Assembly (NCBI GenBank): GCA_964426845.1
Contig: CAYRSA010000005.1
Span: 52,478-114,933, forward strand
DNA from: an uncultured Candidatus Saccharibacteria bacterium
Lineage (GTDB): Bacteria; Patescibacteriota; Saccharimonadia; Saccharimonadales; JAGQNJ01
Direction: 5' to 3'
DNA: 62,456 nucleotides
Shown here: piece after piece, positions 45,634 through 54,119 of the stretch
Numbering within the stretch: position 1 is the first letter of the stretch
How the letters are laid out: every line of letters starts with the position of its first letter
Position numbers and translations under genes: made by a program
The notes under the pieces: generated by a model
What the model saw: the letters and a program-made list of their open reading frames with translations, nothing else
Databases searched by the model: none
What the model was told of the DNA's origin: nothing

Positions 45634-46803
45634 TTAGAACTTGGCCATCTTGTTGCCTTTACGCCACTGTTTGATAGCGGCTTTGTAAGGTAGGAAGTTA
45701 CGGAAAATCCAACGGTCGGCTTGGCGTCGGACCAGCCAGCCCCGATAGCCGCTAACTCGCTTTTTAGTAGTTTGCAGGACCGCCCATTTTTCGCCAATTG
45801 GCACTACATATAGTGGGTGCCAGGCTCGGTACGCTACAGCTGGTGTACCCTTTTGAGCCCTTAACAGGTTGCGAACTACAAACTTAGCGTCGTGCAGAGC
45901 CGTCTGAGCCATACCACTGAACTTAGTATTAGCGTTGTCGCCCAGAACATAGATGTCATCGTGGCCTTGGGCTCGCAGGAATTCATCGACGATCACCCGG
46001 CCGCGCTCTAACTTGAACACCCGAGGGTGCTCTTGATAAAACTTAACGGCCGCCGAGCCGGCCGTCCAAATAATTACGTCAGCCTCGATCTCTTCACCCG
46101 CGATGCAGACCTTATTGGGCTCGCAGGAATTTACCTTAGTGCTCAACCGCAATTCAACACCAAGCTGCTGGAGGCGCTTGTAAGCTTTACCCGATAGTAT
46201 CGGATCAAGCATCGGCAGAACTCGGTCAGAGCCCTCGATCAAAATAACTTTGGGATGCGTCACACGGTTACGATATTTATGAGCCACACGGCGCGAAAAT
46301 TCGTACAGTTCGCCAGCCAGCTCAACCCCGGTTGGGCCAGCTCCAACTACAGCAATGGTCGGTGAAGCCCCTGGCGTTTTGAATAGCTCGATAAGCTTTG
46401 ACCGTAGGGCGATAGTCTGCGGGATGGTCGTCATGGCGAAAGAATGCTGGTCCATACCGTCTATGCCGAAGTAGTTAACATCGTTGCCCATAGCCAGAAT
46501 CACAATGTCGAAGACATATTCATCGCCTGTTTCGCTCCGCAAAACCTTCCGCTTAGGGTTAATACTGGCAATGGTATCCAAAATAATTTCGATATTTTTG
46601 GCCCGCTTTAGGATGTTTTTGAGCGGAATGACCACCTCCATCGGCGAATGTCCAGTGGCCGACCGGTACAGAGCGCCGTGATATTCAAAGTTCATATGGG
46701 TACTGATCAGACGAACTTCGAAGCCTGGTTTATTGGCTAATTCCAGAGCTGACTTTACCCCTGCAAATCCGCCCCCGACAATAACCACTCTTGTTTGTTT
46801 CAT
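45634..46803 (-). CDS. ndh: Type II NADH dehydrogenase (NDH-2)
   Basis: 389 aa with two dinucleotide-binding motifs, VIVGGGFAGV and VVGAGPTGVELAGE. Confidence 0.88.
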   Translation of the reverse strand: MKQTRVVIVGGGFAGVKSALELANKPGFEVRLISTHMNFEYHGALYRSATGHSPMEVVIPLKNILKRAKNIEIILDTIASINPKRKVLRSETGDEYVFDIVILAMGNDVNYFGIDGMDQHSFAMTTIPQTIALRSKLIELFKTPGASPTIAVVGAGPTGVELAGELYEFSRRVAHKYRNRVTHPKVILIEGSDRVLPMLDPILSGKAYKRLQQLGVELRLSTKVNSCEPNKVCIAGEEIEADVIIWTAGSAAVKFYQEHPRVFKLERGRVIVDEFLRAQGHDDIYVLGDNANTKFSGMAQTALHDAKFVVRNLLRAQKGTPAVAYRAWHPLYVVPIGEKWAVLQTTKKRVSGYRGWLVRRQADRWIFRNFLPYKAAIKQWRKGNKMAKF

Positions 46804-46826
46804 GCTTACGGTTAGTATATCAGATA

Positions 46827-47906
46827 CTAGTCTTCTTGAGTCGGCTTGTCCAGAATCAGCGGCTCCACCGATGGCGTAGTCTCGGCAATCTTGACCACAT
46901 CCTTATCCATCTTCTTTAGCTCTTTATGAGCTGCATTGTAATGATTGACGGTGGTTCCTAGGCTACTGCCTAGCTTTTGCATGAAGGTGTCGTAACTGCC
47001 GATGTGCCGGCCCAGCTCACCAACTCGCTTTTGGATCTCTTTGGCTTGCTCTTCGATTTGTAAACTGCGCAGGCCCTGCAAAACCGTCTGCAAGTAAGCC
47101 ATGAAGCTGGTCGGACTGACGATGATGACGTGCTTTTCCTGGAAAGCGTACTCGATGAGATCGCGAGAATTAGTGGCCGTGGTGCCGACTTTGTTAATTA
47201 ATAGATCATAATACAGCGACTCCGACGGGATAAACATAAAAGCAAAATCCATGGTGTTTTCACTGGGCCGGATATACTTACTAGTTTCATCGATGCGATT
47301 CTTAAGGTCAGTCTTAAATCGTTTTACGATTTCGTTCTTGGTGGCCTGGTCAGACTCCTCGATCAGACGATTGTAGTTTTCCAAGCTAAACTTGGAGTCA
47401 ATCGGCACAACCTGGTTACGATCCAGGAAAATTACCGCGTCCACAGTCTCGCCATCCTTAAACTTGTACTGCATCTGGAATTTGCCTGGCGGCATAACGT
47501 TTTCTAGGACACTCTGCAGATAATATTCACCTACGACACCGCGTTGTTTAGGATTCTGCAGGACATTCTGCAGAGTTTTAAGCTCGTCAGCCACGTTAAC
47601 CACCCGTTTGTTGGTCTCGTCCAGCTGAGTCAGGCGCTGAGTCACATCGGCGATGATTTTAGCACTCTGAGCAAATTGCTTCTGAATACTGGCCGAGGTC
47701 TGCATCTGCGATTCCTGCAACTTTTTGTTAATATTCTCGTTCAGCGACTCTTTAAGATCGGCCACGTTCTTATTCAAGGTGTCCATATCGGTCTTCAGTA
47801 ACTGAGCCGTCTGGTCGCTAGCCGGCCGCGACAGTTTGCGGTTAAAGAACATGAACAACCCAAAAAGAGCAATAACCAGAATTCCTAAAATCAAAGCTGT
47901 TTCCAT
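46827..47906 (-). CDS. rmuC: DNA recombination protein RmuC
   Basis: It has an N-terminal TM, a coiled coil and a C-terminal region with VDAVIFL and VPIDSKF. ATG 47906 lies 7 nt after TACAAT (47914-47919). The ORF-track start at 47996 would overlap the ZIP gene by 71 nt. Confidence 0.85.
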   Translation of the reverse strand: METALILGILVIALFGLFMFFNRKLSRPASDQTAQLLKTDMDTLNKNVADLKESLNENINKKLQESQMQTSASIQKQFAQSAKIIADVTQRLTQLDETNKRVVNVADELKTLQNVLQNPKQRGVVGEYYLQSVLENVMPPGKFQMQYKFKDGETVDAVIFLDRNQVVPIDSKFSLENYNRLIEESDQATKNEIVKRFKTDLKNRIDETSKYIRPSENTMDFAFMFIPSESLYYDLLINKVGTTATNSRDLIEYAFQEKHVIIVSPTSFMAYLQTVLQGLRSLQIEEQAKEIQKRVGELGRHIGSYDTFMQKLGSSLGTTVNHYNAAHKELKKMDKDVVKIAETTPSVEPLILDKPTQED

Positions 47907-47925
47907 ACTTACAATTGTAACAGGG

Positions 47926-48747
47926 TTAGTCGCTGTGTTCGACTTGAGACGATTCGCCCTTATGGCTTTCGTCGACTTCAATGTACTTATGGGCAATCTG
48001 AATGGACAGGCCTACGAAAACCGCTCCGGCCACCATAAGAAGGGCCTGGACGGAAAAGCGTTTATCGTTATTGCTGCTAGAGTGATGGATCGAGGGAATA
48101 ACGTCACTAAGGGCGATGTATAGTAGAAAGCCGGCACTAATACCCAGTAATATTCCTAGTGGCAAAGCATTTTGACTGCCCAAGGCGAAGGTTAAGGCCG
48201 CAAAGAAAACCGTAGCAATGGCGCTTAGAAGATTAACCAACAATACTTCCTTACGGCGCATGCCTTTGGATAGCAACAGACCAAAATCACCAATCTCTTG
48301 GGGGATTTCATGAGCGGCTACCGCAATAGTCGTCACAATGCCAGTCGGTACACTAATCAAGAAAGAGGCGGCAATCGCCACCCCGTCTAGGGCATTATGC
48401 AGAGTGTCGCCGACGATGATTAATGATACCTTGGGGTCGCGCTTGGTTCGCTCCTCATGTTCATGATGGTGGTGGAACCAGTGTAAAAAACCCTCGGCAA
48501 TGAAGAAAATCAAGATTCCAGCCACCGTGGCCACCATAACGGTTTCGGTTTCAGACATCTCCACGCCTTCCTTCAATAAATCCAGAAAGACAGCCGCCAA
48601 CAAGGCGCCGCCGGCAAATGGCGTGGCATAAATTGCCAATTTCTCGGCCAGACTTTTCTTACTAATAAGCAAAGCGCCGCCGATTAGCGATACCACCCCT
48701 CCCAACAGAGAGAAAAATATTACTTGTTCGATAGTTGCCGTTGTCAT
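47926..48747 (-). CDS. ZIP family divalent metal transporter
   Basis: 273 aa with the His-rich loop HHHHEHEE and the motifs HNALDGVAIA and HEIPQEIGDF. TAGAAT lies at 48763-48768, followed by an AGGAA SD. Confidence 0.88.
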   Translation of the reverse strand: MTTATIEQVIFFSLLGGVVSLIGGALLISKKSLAEKLAIYATPFAGGALLAAVFLDLLKEGVEMSETETVMVATVAGILIFFIAEGFLHWFHHHHEHEERTKRDPKVSLIIVGDTLHNALDGVAIAASFLISVPTGIVTTIAVAAHEIPQEIGDFGLLLSKGMRRKEVLLVNLLSAIATVFFAALTFALGSQNALPLGILLGISAGFLLYIALSDVIPSIHHSSSNNDKRFSVQALLMVAGAVFVGLSIQIAHKYIEVDESHKGESSQVEHSD

Positions 48748-48832
48748 AAGCGTTTCCTATTTATTCTAGCTTAGCATATACCGATTAACATTATTATTGC
48801 AAATTCGTCGCAATTTAGGCTAAAATTGATAC

Positions 48833-49252
48833 ATGAATCCAGATGACTTGTTTGTAACTACGCTCAAGAAGAACAAATACAGCCTAACCCAGGCCCGAAC
48901 CCTAGTCTTTGAGGCTCTTCAAGATGAAGAGCCGCTGTCGATGTCCGAACTACTGACCAAACTAGAGGGTATGATCGACCGGGCTAGTTTGTACCGAACT
49001 ATCACTCTGTTTGAGAAGCTAGGTATTGTCCAGCGTCTACAGATGGGCTGGAAGTATAAGATTGAGCTGGCCGACGACTTCAACTTCCACCACCACCATA
49101 TAACCTGCAAAAACTGTGGTTTAACCCTGCCAGTCCGTGAAGACCTAACCCTAGAGGCTAGTATTAGAACGCTAGCCATGGAATACGGATTTGCAGAGGT
49201 CACTCACCAGCTAGAGATGCACGGTCTGTGCCCCCGCTGCCAACAAACTTAA
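48833..49252 (+). CDS. Fur family metalloregulator (possibly Zur)
   Basis: 139 aa with HHHHITCKNCG and CPRC metal sites. It is divergent from the ZIP transporter. TAAAAT lies 6 nt upstream of the ATG. Confidence 0.85.
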   Translation: MNPDDLFVTTLKKNKYSLTQARTLVFEALQDEEPLSMSELLTKLEGMIDRASLYRTITLFEKLGIVQRLQMGWKYKIELADDFNFHHHHITCKNCGLTLPVREDLTLEASIRTLAMEYGFAEVTHQLEMHGLCPRCQQT

Positions 49253-49268
49253 CACCTTAGGAAACATG

Positions 49269-49294
49269 AAACCCCGACGGTGATGCCGGGGTTT
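49269..49294. terminator. 8-bp GC-rich hairpin between the convergent fur and PAP2 genes
   Basis: aaaccccg (49269-49276) pairs with cggggttt (49287-49294). Only short T/A runs flank it. A second small hairpin, ggaagt/acttcc, lies at 49298-49314. Confidence 0.45.
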
Positions 49295-49345
49295 AGCGGA
49301 AGTCTCTCACTTCCACTTACAGCATAAGCAATTTGAGGCCAATTT

Positions 49346-49966
49346 TCAATGTGATTTCGAGCCAGACAGGTGGCTGACCAACAACCGGCTGGCGTTAGCT
49401 ACTATGACACCTACGCAAAAGCCACCAATCACATCCAACGGCGCATGAACACCAAGATACAGTCTAGAGAAGGCCACGCCAGCAATCCATATCCATAACA
49501 ACCACTGATACTTTTTGGCCGTGTAGGGCATCAGAGTCAAAGCCAGAGCCGTGGCCATAGCCGTGTGACTGGATGGAAAGCCGAAGCCCAGACTCAGTTC
49601 CATGCGAACAACAATCCCCGGCAACAACTCAGCCGGCCTGGGCCGGGCTATGATTTCTTTGAGCAGCGCTGTGATCACGTATGCAAAAAAAGCATTAGCC
49701 AGTAGTAGCGCCGCCAAACGTCGCCGTTTCAGCACAAAAGTTGCCGCTACTACGGCCAACACCGCACCAATACTCCCAGCTTGAGTAACAACATACATTA
49801 ACTCAGTAAAGGGTCCGGGTAAGCTATATGCCAGGTCCAGCACTTCCCCTTCCATGACACTAATTTGCCGATTAGCTGCCAGAGCCGTAGACGCAGCTAA
49901 GACCAAGCCCGCCACTCCTATTGCCCACCAAGTTTTGGCCCGGGTTTTAGCATTAGCATTTTTCAT
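49346..49966 (-). CDS. PAP2 family phosphatase (undecaprenyl-diphosphatase/lipid phosphatase-like)
   Basis: It carries the motifs KEIIARPRP, PSSH and SRLYLGVHAPLD. ATG 49966 lies 6 nt after TACTAT (49973-49978). The ORF-track start at 50056 would overlap the divergent ABC gene. Confidence 0.85.
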   Translation of the reverse strand: MKNANAKTRAKTWWAIGVAGLVLAASTALAANRQISVMEGEVLDLAYSLPGPFTELMYVVTQAGSIGAVLAVVAATFVLKRRRLAALLLANAFFAYVITALLKEIIARPRPAELLPGIVVRMELSLGFGFPSSHTAMATALALTLMPYTAKKYQWLLWIWIAGVAFSRLYLGVHAPLDVIGGFCVGVIVANASRLLVSHLSGSKSH

Positions 49967-50023
49967 ATCTATATAGTACCGCACCTTGCGCCAGCCGGAG
50001 CATATCCTTACAATAAGGACTAT

Positions 50024-50944
50024 ATGAAAAAATATGACAATGTCATCGAAGTTCAAAAACTGGTCAAAAAATTCGGCAAGTTCTCCGCTCTGTCACACCT
50101 CAATTTAGAGGTTCGTCGCGGCGAAGTGCATGGTTTTCTGGGCCCCAACGGCTCTGGCAAATCAACCACTATACGTGTCTTGCTGGGCCTACTACGCAAA
50201 AACAGCGGTAATGTCACCCTCTTCGGTCAAGATCCTTGGGAAAATGCTGTCGAGCTGCACAAGCGCCTAACCTATGTACCCGGCGACGTCAGTCTATGGA
50301 ATAATCTCAGCGGCGGTGAAGTTATTGACCTGTTCGCCGATCTTCGAGGTGGCATCGACAAGCCCCGTCGCGCCAAGCTTTTAAAAGATTTTCAGCTTGA
50401 TCCTAAAAAGAAGTGCCGGACATACTCCAAGGGTAACCGCCAAAAAGTTGCCCTGATTGCCGCCCTAGCTACCGACGCCGAGTTGTACATCCTGGATGAA
50501 CCAACTAGTGGCCTGGATCCCCTTATGGAATCTGTATTCCAAAGCTACATTAAAGAATTGAAGGCTCAAGACAAGACCGTGTTGCTGTCTAGTCACATCT
50601 TGGCTGAGGTTGAAGCCCTAGCCGACCGAGTAACAATTATTCGCGAGGGTAAAACGGTCGAGACCGGCACCCTAGCCGAATTGCGCCACCTCAGCCGCAA
50701 TACCATCCATGTCCACACCAAGAAAGCTATCACCGGCCTAAAAGGCATGCCGGGGGTTCACGATCCCAAAATCGAAAAAACCCGGGCGGCCTTCGATGTC
50801 GATAATGTCGATATCGGCCGCGTCATGAACCACCTGACTAAGTTTGAAATCATCAGCCTGACCAGCACCCCTCCAACCCTAGAAGAGCTGTTCATGCGAC
50901 ACTACAATAAAGACTCTAAGGCGCTTCCTGCGGAGCCAAAATGA
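50024..50944 (+). CDS. ABC transporter ATP-binding protein (ABC-2/DrrA-like)
   Basis: 306 aa with Walker A GPNGSGKST, a signature-like YSKGNRQKVAL and Walker B LYILDEPTSGLD. Confidence 0.92.
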   Translation: MKKYDNVIEVQKLVKKFGKFSALSHLNLEVRRGEVHGFLGPNGSGKSTTIRVLLGLLRKNSGNVTLFGQDPWENAVELHKRLTYVPGDVSLWNNLSGGEVIDLFADLRGGIDKPRRAKLLKDFQLDPKKKCRTYSKGNRQKVALIAALATDAELYILDEPTSGLDPLMESVFQSYIKELKAQDKTVLLSSHILAEVEALADRVTIIREGKTVETGTLAELRHLSRNTIHVHTKKAITGLKGMPGVHDPKIEKTRAAFDVDNVDIGRVMNHLTKFEIISLTSTPPTLEELFMRHYNKDSKALPAEPK

Positions 50945-52569
50945 AAGCCTTCAAGGGCACCTTCAGGTTATTCCGTCTAGCCCTGCGCCTGGATAGGGTT
51001 CGCTTGCCAATCTGGATCATCGCCAATGTCGGCTTGATTGCTCTGACGCTGCCTCAATTGGCTACTGCCTATAACACCGAGCCTAAACGCATTATCTATG
51101 CCACCACCTCAGCCTCCAGCGCTGTTACGCGGTTGCTAAACGGCGCTATCACCGGCCCGAGCTTGGGCAACATCGCTGTGGTCGAGACTTTCTTCCTAGG
51201 GGCAATTTTATTCGCATTAATGAACATTTTTTTGATTACCCGCCACACCAGGCAAGAGGAAGAGACGAATCGCAGTGAGGTTATTGGCTCAACTCTGGTC
51301 GGCCGCCAGGCCGGCTTGACGGCGGCACTACTGCTGGCCTTTCTGGTCAACATCATCAGCGCCGGCCTAATCTATGTTGTTTTCCGGGCTAATGATTTGC
51401 CGGCCGCAGGCTCGCTGGCCTACTCGGCCGCCCTGGGCTTTATGGGCATGGTGTTTGCCGGCGTGGCGGCCGTCACCTCTCAGCTGTTTGAAAATACCCG
51501 GACCGCCAACAGCCTGGCTGGCTTGGTCTTCGGGCTGGCCTTTGTTATCAGGGGTCTGGGCGACGTTCTCGGCCAACTACAGCCTGGTGGACTAGCTGTT
51601 ACTCCCAACTTTATTGCCTGGCTGAGTCCGGTCGGCTGGGTACTCAATATCAATGCTTTTGTCAGTGAACGCTGGTGGACGTTGGGGCTGTTTGGGGTAT
51701 TGACGGTCATATTGGTGGTTGCCTCATACGTTCTGCTGTCCATGCGCGATGTTGGCTCGGCCTTATTTGCTCCCCGGCCTGGTCGAGCCCACGCCAAGCC
51801 GCAGCTATTAAAGCGCTTTGGGCTAATCTGGCGGCTTAACCGGACCTCGACAATCTCTTGGGGTACAGCCATTATCTTAACGGGAGCCATGATCGGGGCG
51901 GTGGCTCATGAATTTAGTAAGCTCATTGAAGAGAACGAAGAGATGCAAGAAATTCTGAGCCAGCTAGGTGCCGGCACTAATATCACCGACGTCCTGTTTG
52001 GTTTCATGTTTATAATTATCGCTATTGCCACTACTGGTTATGCCTTGCAAACTCTGACCCGCATGCGAGCCGAGGAGTCCAGCGGCCGTTTGGAGCTACT
52101 TTTATCAACGGCTGAGAGTCGCTGGAGTTGGCTGTTCAACTACACAATCTACTCGGCCGTCACCAGCTGGATAATTTTGGGCTTGACTGGATTTGCGGCT
52201 GGCTTGGTCTTCGGCACGATTACCGGTGACGTCGCCAGTAATGTTAAGAGTCTGTCGACGGCTATTTTAGTCTACATTCCAGCTATCGGTGTCATGATGG
52301 GCGCTACCTTAGTTTTCTTTAGCCTACTACCACGTTTGTACGTGGCCCTTGCCTGGGCGGCCTTGGCTTCAAGTCTAATCATATTCCAACTCGGAGCAAT
52401 CCTTAAACTACCCCAGTGGCTGCTTAATGTCTCGCCATTTCTGCACACTCCAACCGCGCCAATTGTCGATGTCCGTTTCCGGCCACTTTTATATCTGTCG
52501 TTAGTCGCACTAGGCCTAGGCATCACCGGCTTTATACTCTTCCGCCGCCGCGATATACAGACTAGCTAA
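50941..52569 (+). CDS. ABC-2 type transporter permease
   Basis: 542 aa with many hydrophobic segments. Its ATG overlaps the ATPase stop codon (ATGA at 50941). Confidence 0.75.
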   Translation: MKAFKGTFRLFRLALRLDRVRLPIWIIANVGLIALTLPQLATAYNTEPKRIIYATTSASSAVTRLLNGAITGPSLGNIAVVETFFLGAILFALMNIFLITRHTRQEEETNRSEVIGSTLVGRQAGLTAALLLAFLVNIISAGLIYVVFRANDLPAAGSLAYSAALGFMGMVFAGVAAVTSQLFENTRTANSLAGLVFGLAFVIRGLGDVLGQLQPGGLAVTPNFIAWLSPVGWVLNINAFVSERWWTLGLFGVLTVILVVASYVLLSMRDVGSALFAPRPGRAHAKPQLLKRFGLIWRLNRTSTISWGTAIILTGAMIGAVAHEFSKLIEENEEMQEILSQLGAGTNITDVLFGFMFIIIAIATTGYALQTLTRMRAEESSGRLELLLSTAESRWSWLFNYTIYSAVTSWIILGLTGFAAGLVFGTITGDVASNVKSLSTAILVYIPAIGVMMGATLVFFSLLPRLYVALAWAALASSLIIFQLGAILKLPQWLLNVSPFLHTPTAPIVDVRFRPLLYLSLVALGLGITGFILFRRRDIQTS

Positions 52570-53081
52570 AGTTGAATGTCTTGCTTGGCGTCACCGCGCG
52601 TCTGGCCATCTTCAGAGGTAAACAACACTTTGGCTTCCCAAGTACCAATACCTGGATTCTGCAGGCGAGCTTCGCACTTGCCGTCTTTAATGGGCACGGT
52701 TTCTTCTGGGCCATAGTTGCCCTGTTTTAAATAAAATGAACAAGTACCGATTTCCCGGCTGCTAACCTCGGCGCTTAAAATAACTTCACTGTTCTCTGGC
52801 GCATTAGTGGCTGTGAACTCAACTTCGACTACCTTGGCGGCTTGACCATCTTCGGTAATCTTAGTTGATTCATCGACGGTCTCGACAGTTGATAGTTGCG
52901 AAGAATCCACAGCTGCCGGCTGGTTTTCTTTAGCCTGCTGAGCTTGCTCTTCCTGCTCGCGAGCCACAATCTGGCGATTCTGGATGTAGTAGCCGCTAAT
53001 ACCGATGCCGATGGCCAATAGGGTCACCACTGGTACCATTAGGCTGCGGCGGCGGGACAAGTTAATAAGTAGATTCTGCAT
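52566..53081 (-). CDS. Hypothetical secreted/anchored protein
   Basis: 171 aa with the signal-anchor MVPVVTLLAIGIGISGYY, a Gln/Glu-rich linker and a ~100-aa domain containing two Cys. Its 3' end overlaps the ABC permease gene by 4 nt. Confidence 0.55.
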   Translation of the reverse strand: MQNLLINLSRRRSLMVPVVTLLAIGIGISGYYIQNRQIVAREQEEQAQQAKENQPAAVDSSQLSTVETVDESTKITEDGQAAKVVEVEFTATNAPENSEVILSAEVSSREIGTCSFYLKQGNYGPEETVPIKDGKCEARLQNPGIGTWEAKVLFTSEDGQTRGDAKQDIQL

Positions 53082-53092
53082 AGTAATTTTCT

Positions 53093-53728
53093 CTAAAAGA
53101 TTAGATAACCAACTAACATTATAACGCTCATTCCGGCCATAAGCACATCCTCTATCAGAGCTACCGATGATAAGGGTAGTTTAATGATATTACCCAGGCA
53201 AGCGCACTTGATAGGATCATCTTTGTGAGCGGCCGTATATTGGAATACGCCCCAGGCGCCAATACTGAAGATTACCAGAGTGATTAGGTCGCGAAAGACC
53301 GGCAGCAGGTTAGACACGTACAGAAAGCCCAAAAAAAGCTCAATAAACGGATAGACCATGGTGTAGACTTTTGACTTGGCGGCAATCGGATCATACAGGG
53401 GGAACATCTGCACAAACATCTCATAGCCGATCAGCTTGAAGCTTCCAAAAATGATCAAGAAACCGCCCATAAACCACTCCAGCCAGATCTGCAGGTCAAA
53501 GCCTAGCACAAAAGCCATGGTTGTAGCACAGATAACGATAACTCCGTAGACACCAGCTAATTTTAGGCGCTCCTTGCGATTGTCTACAGAGTGAACCATG
53601 ACGGACGCATCAGCAGCATGAGCCATTGGTGCTGGCTCGACAGGTGAAGCTTGCCCAGGATGGCGTTCGGTGCCCTCAAGATTTGGCCGTTGCCGCTTTC
53701 GCTGAACATAATTGTCATAATACTGCAT
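53093..53728 (-). CDS. MauE/DoxX-like integral membrane protein
   Basis: 211 aa with about 4 TM segments and a CACLG motif in the last loop, as in MauE-type proteins. The family assignment is tentative. Confidence 0.5.
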   Translation of the reverse strand: MQYYDNYVQRKRQRPNLEGTERHPGQASPVEPAPMAHAADASVMVHSVDNRKERLKLAGVYGVIVICATTMAFVLGFDLQIWLEWFMGGFLIIFGSFKLIGYEMFVQMFPLYDPIAAKSKVYTMVYPFIELFLGFLYVSNLLPVFRDLITLVIFSIGAWGVFQYTAAHKDDPIKCACLGNIIKLPLSSVALIEDVLMAGMSVIMLVGYLIF

Positions 53729-53744
53729 AAGCTTGGTCTGTCTA

Positions 53745-53771
53745 TTATAGCACTCTAGTGACTGCTATAAT
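53745..53771. promoter_or_regulatory. Back-to-back extended -10 boxes: TGcTATAAT on both strands
   Basis: The minus-strand box at 53745-53753 lies 16 nt from ATG 53728. The plus-strand box at 53763-53771 lies 7 nt from ATG 53779. Confidence 0.55.
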
Positions 53772-53778
53772 ATGCGTT

Positions 53779-54105
53779 ATGCATCAAGAACTTCAGCATC
53801 CACCTCGAGTGCGATACATTGCCCTACTTGCCCTGACAGTCCTGAGCACCGGCGCCGTCTTCTATCACCACGTCGAGAAATTGTCTTGGCTGGACTCGAT
53901 ATACTTTTGTGTCATCAGCCTGGCTACAGTCGGCTACGGCGATATCACCCCCAAAACTGACGCTGGCAAGATTTTTACGATCTTTTACGTGATTATCGGC
54001 ATTGGTATCTTTGCCGCCTCTGTTAACTACTTGGTAAAACGGGCTGCCATGAACCGCTTGCAAAAACGCGACGACCGAATAGAAGAATCCAAGTCAAATA
54101 AATAG
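53779..54105 (+). CDS. Minimal two-TM potassium channel
   Basis: 108 aa from ATG 53779. The pore helix is followed by the selectivity filter TVGYGD. There is no RCK or other gating domain. The ORF-track GTG at 53758 lies upstream of the -10 box. Confidence 0.85.
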   Translation: MHQELQHPPRVRYIALLALTVLSTGAVFYHHVEKLSWLDSIYFCVISLATVGYGDITPKTDAGKIFTIFYVIIGIGIFAASVNYLVKRAAMNRLQKRDDRIEESKSNK

Positions 54106-54119
54106 CCGGTCGGCTAGTT

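Noticed and set aside
54103-54116. The 14-nt palindrome tagccggtcggcta between the convergent K+ channel and DUF2207 genes, as a bidirectional terminator
   Set aside because: The 6-bp stem has only a 2-nt loop and no flanking T-runs, so it is too weak to call. I note it only as a possible protein-binding palindrome.
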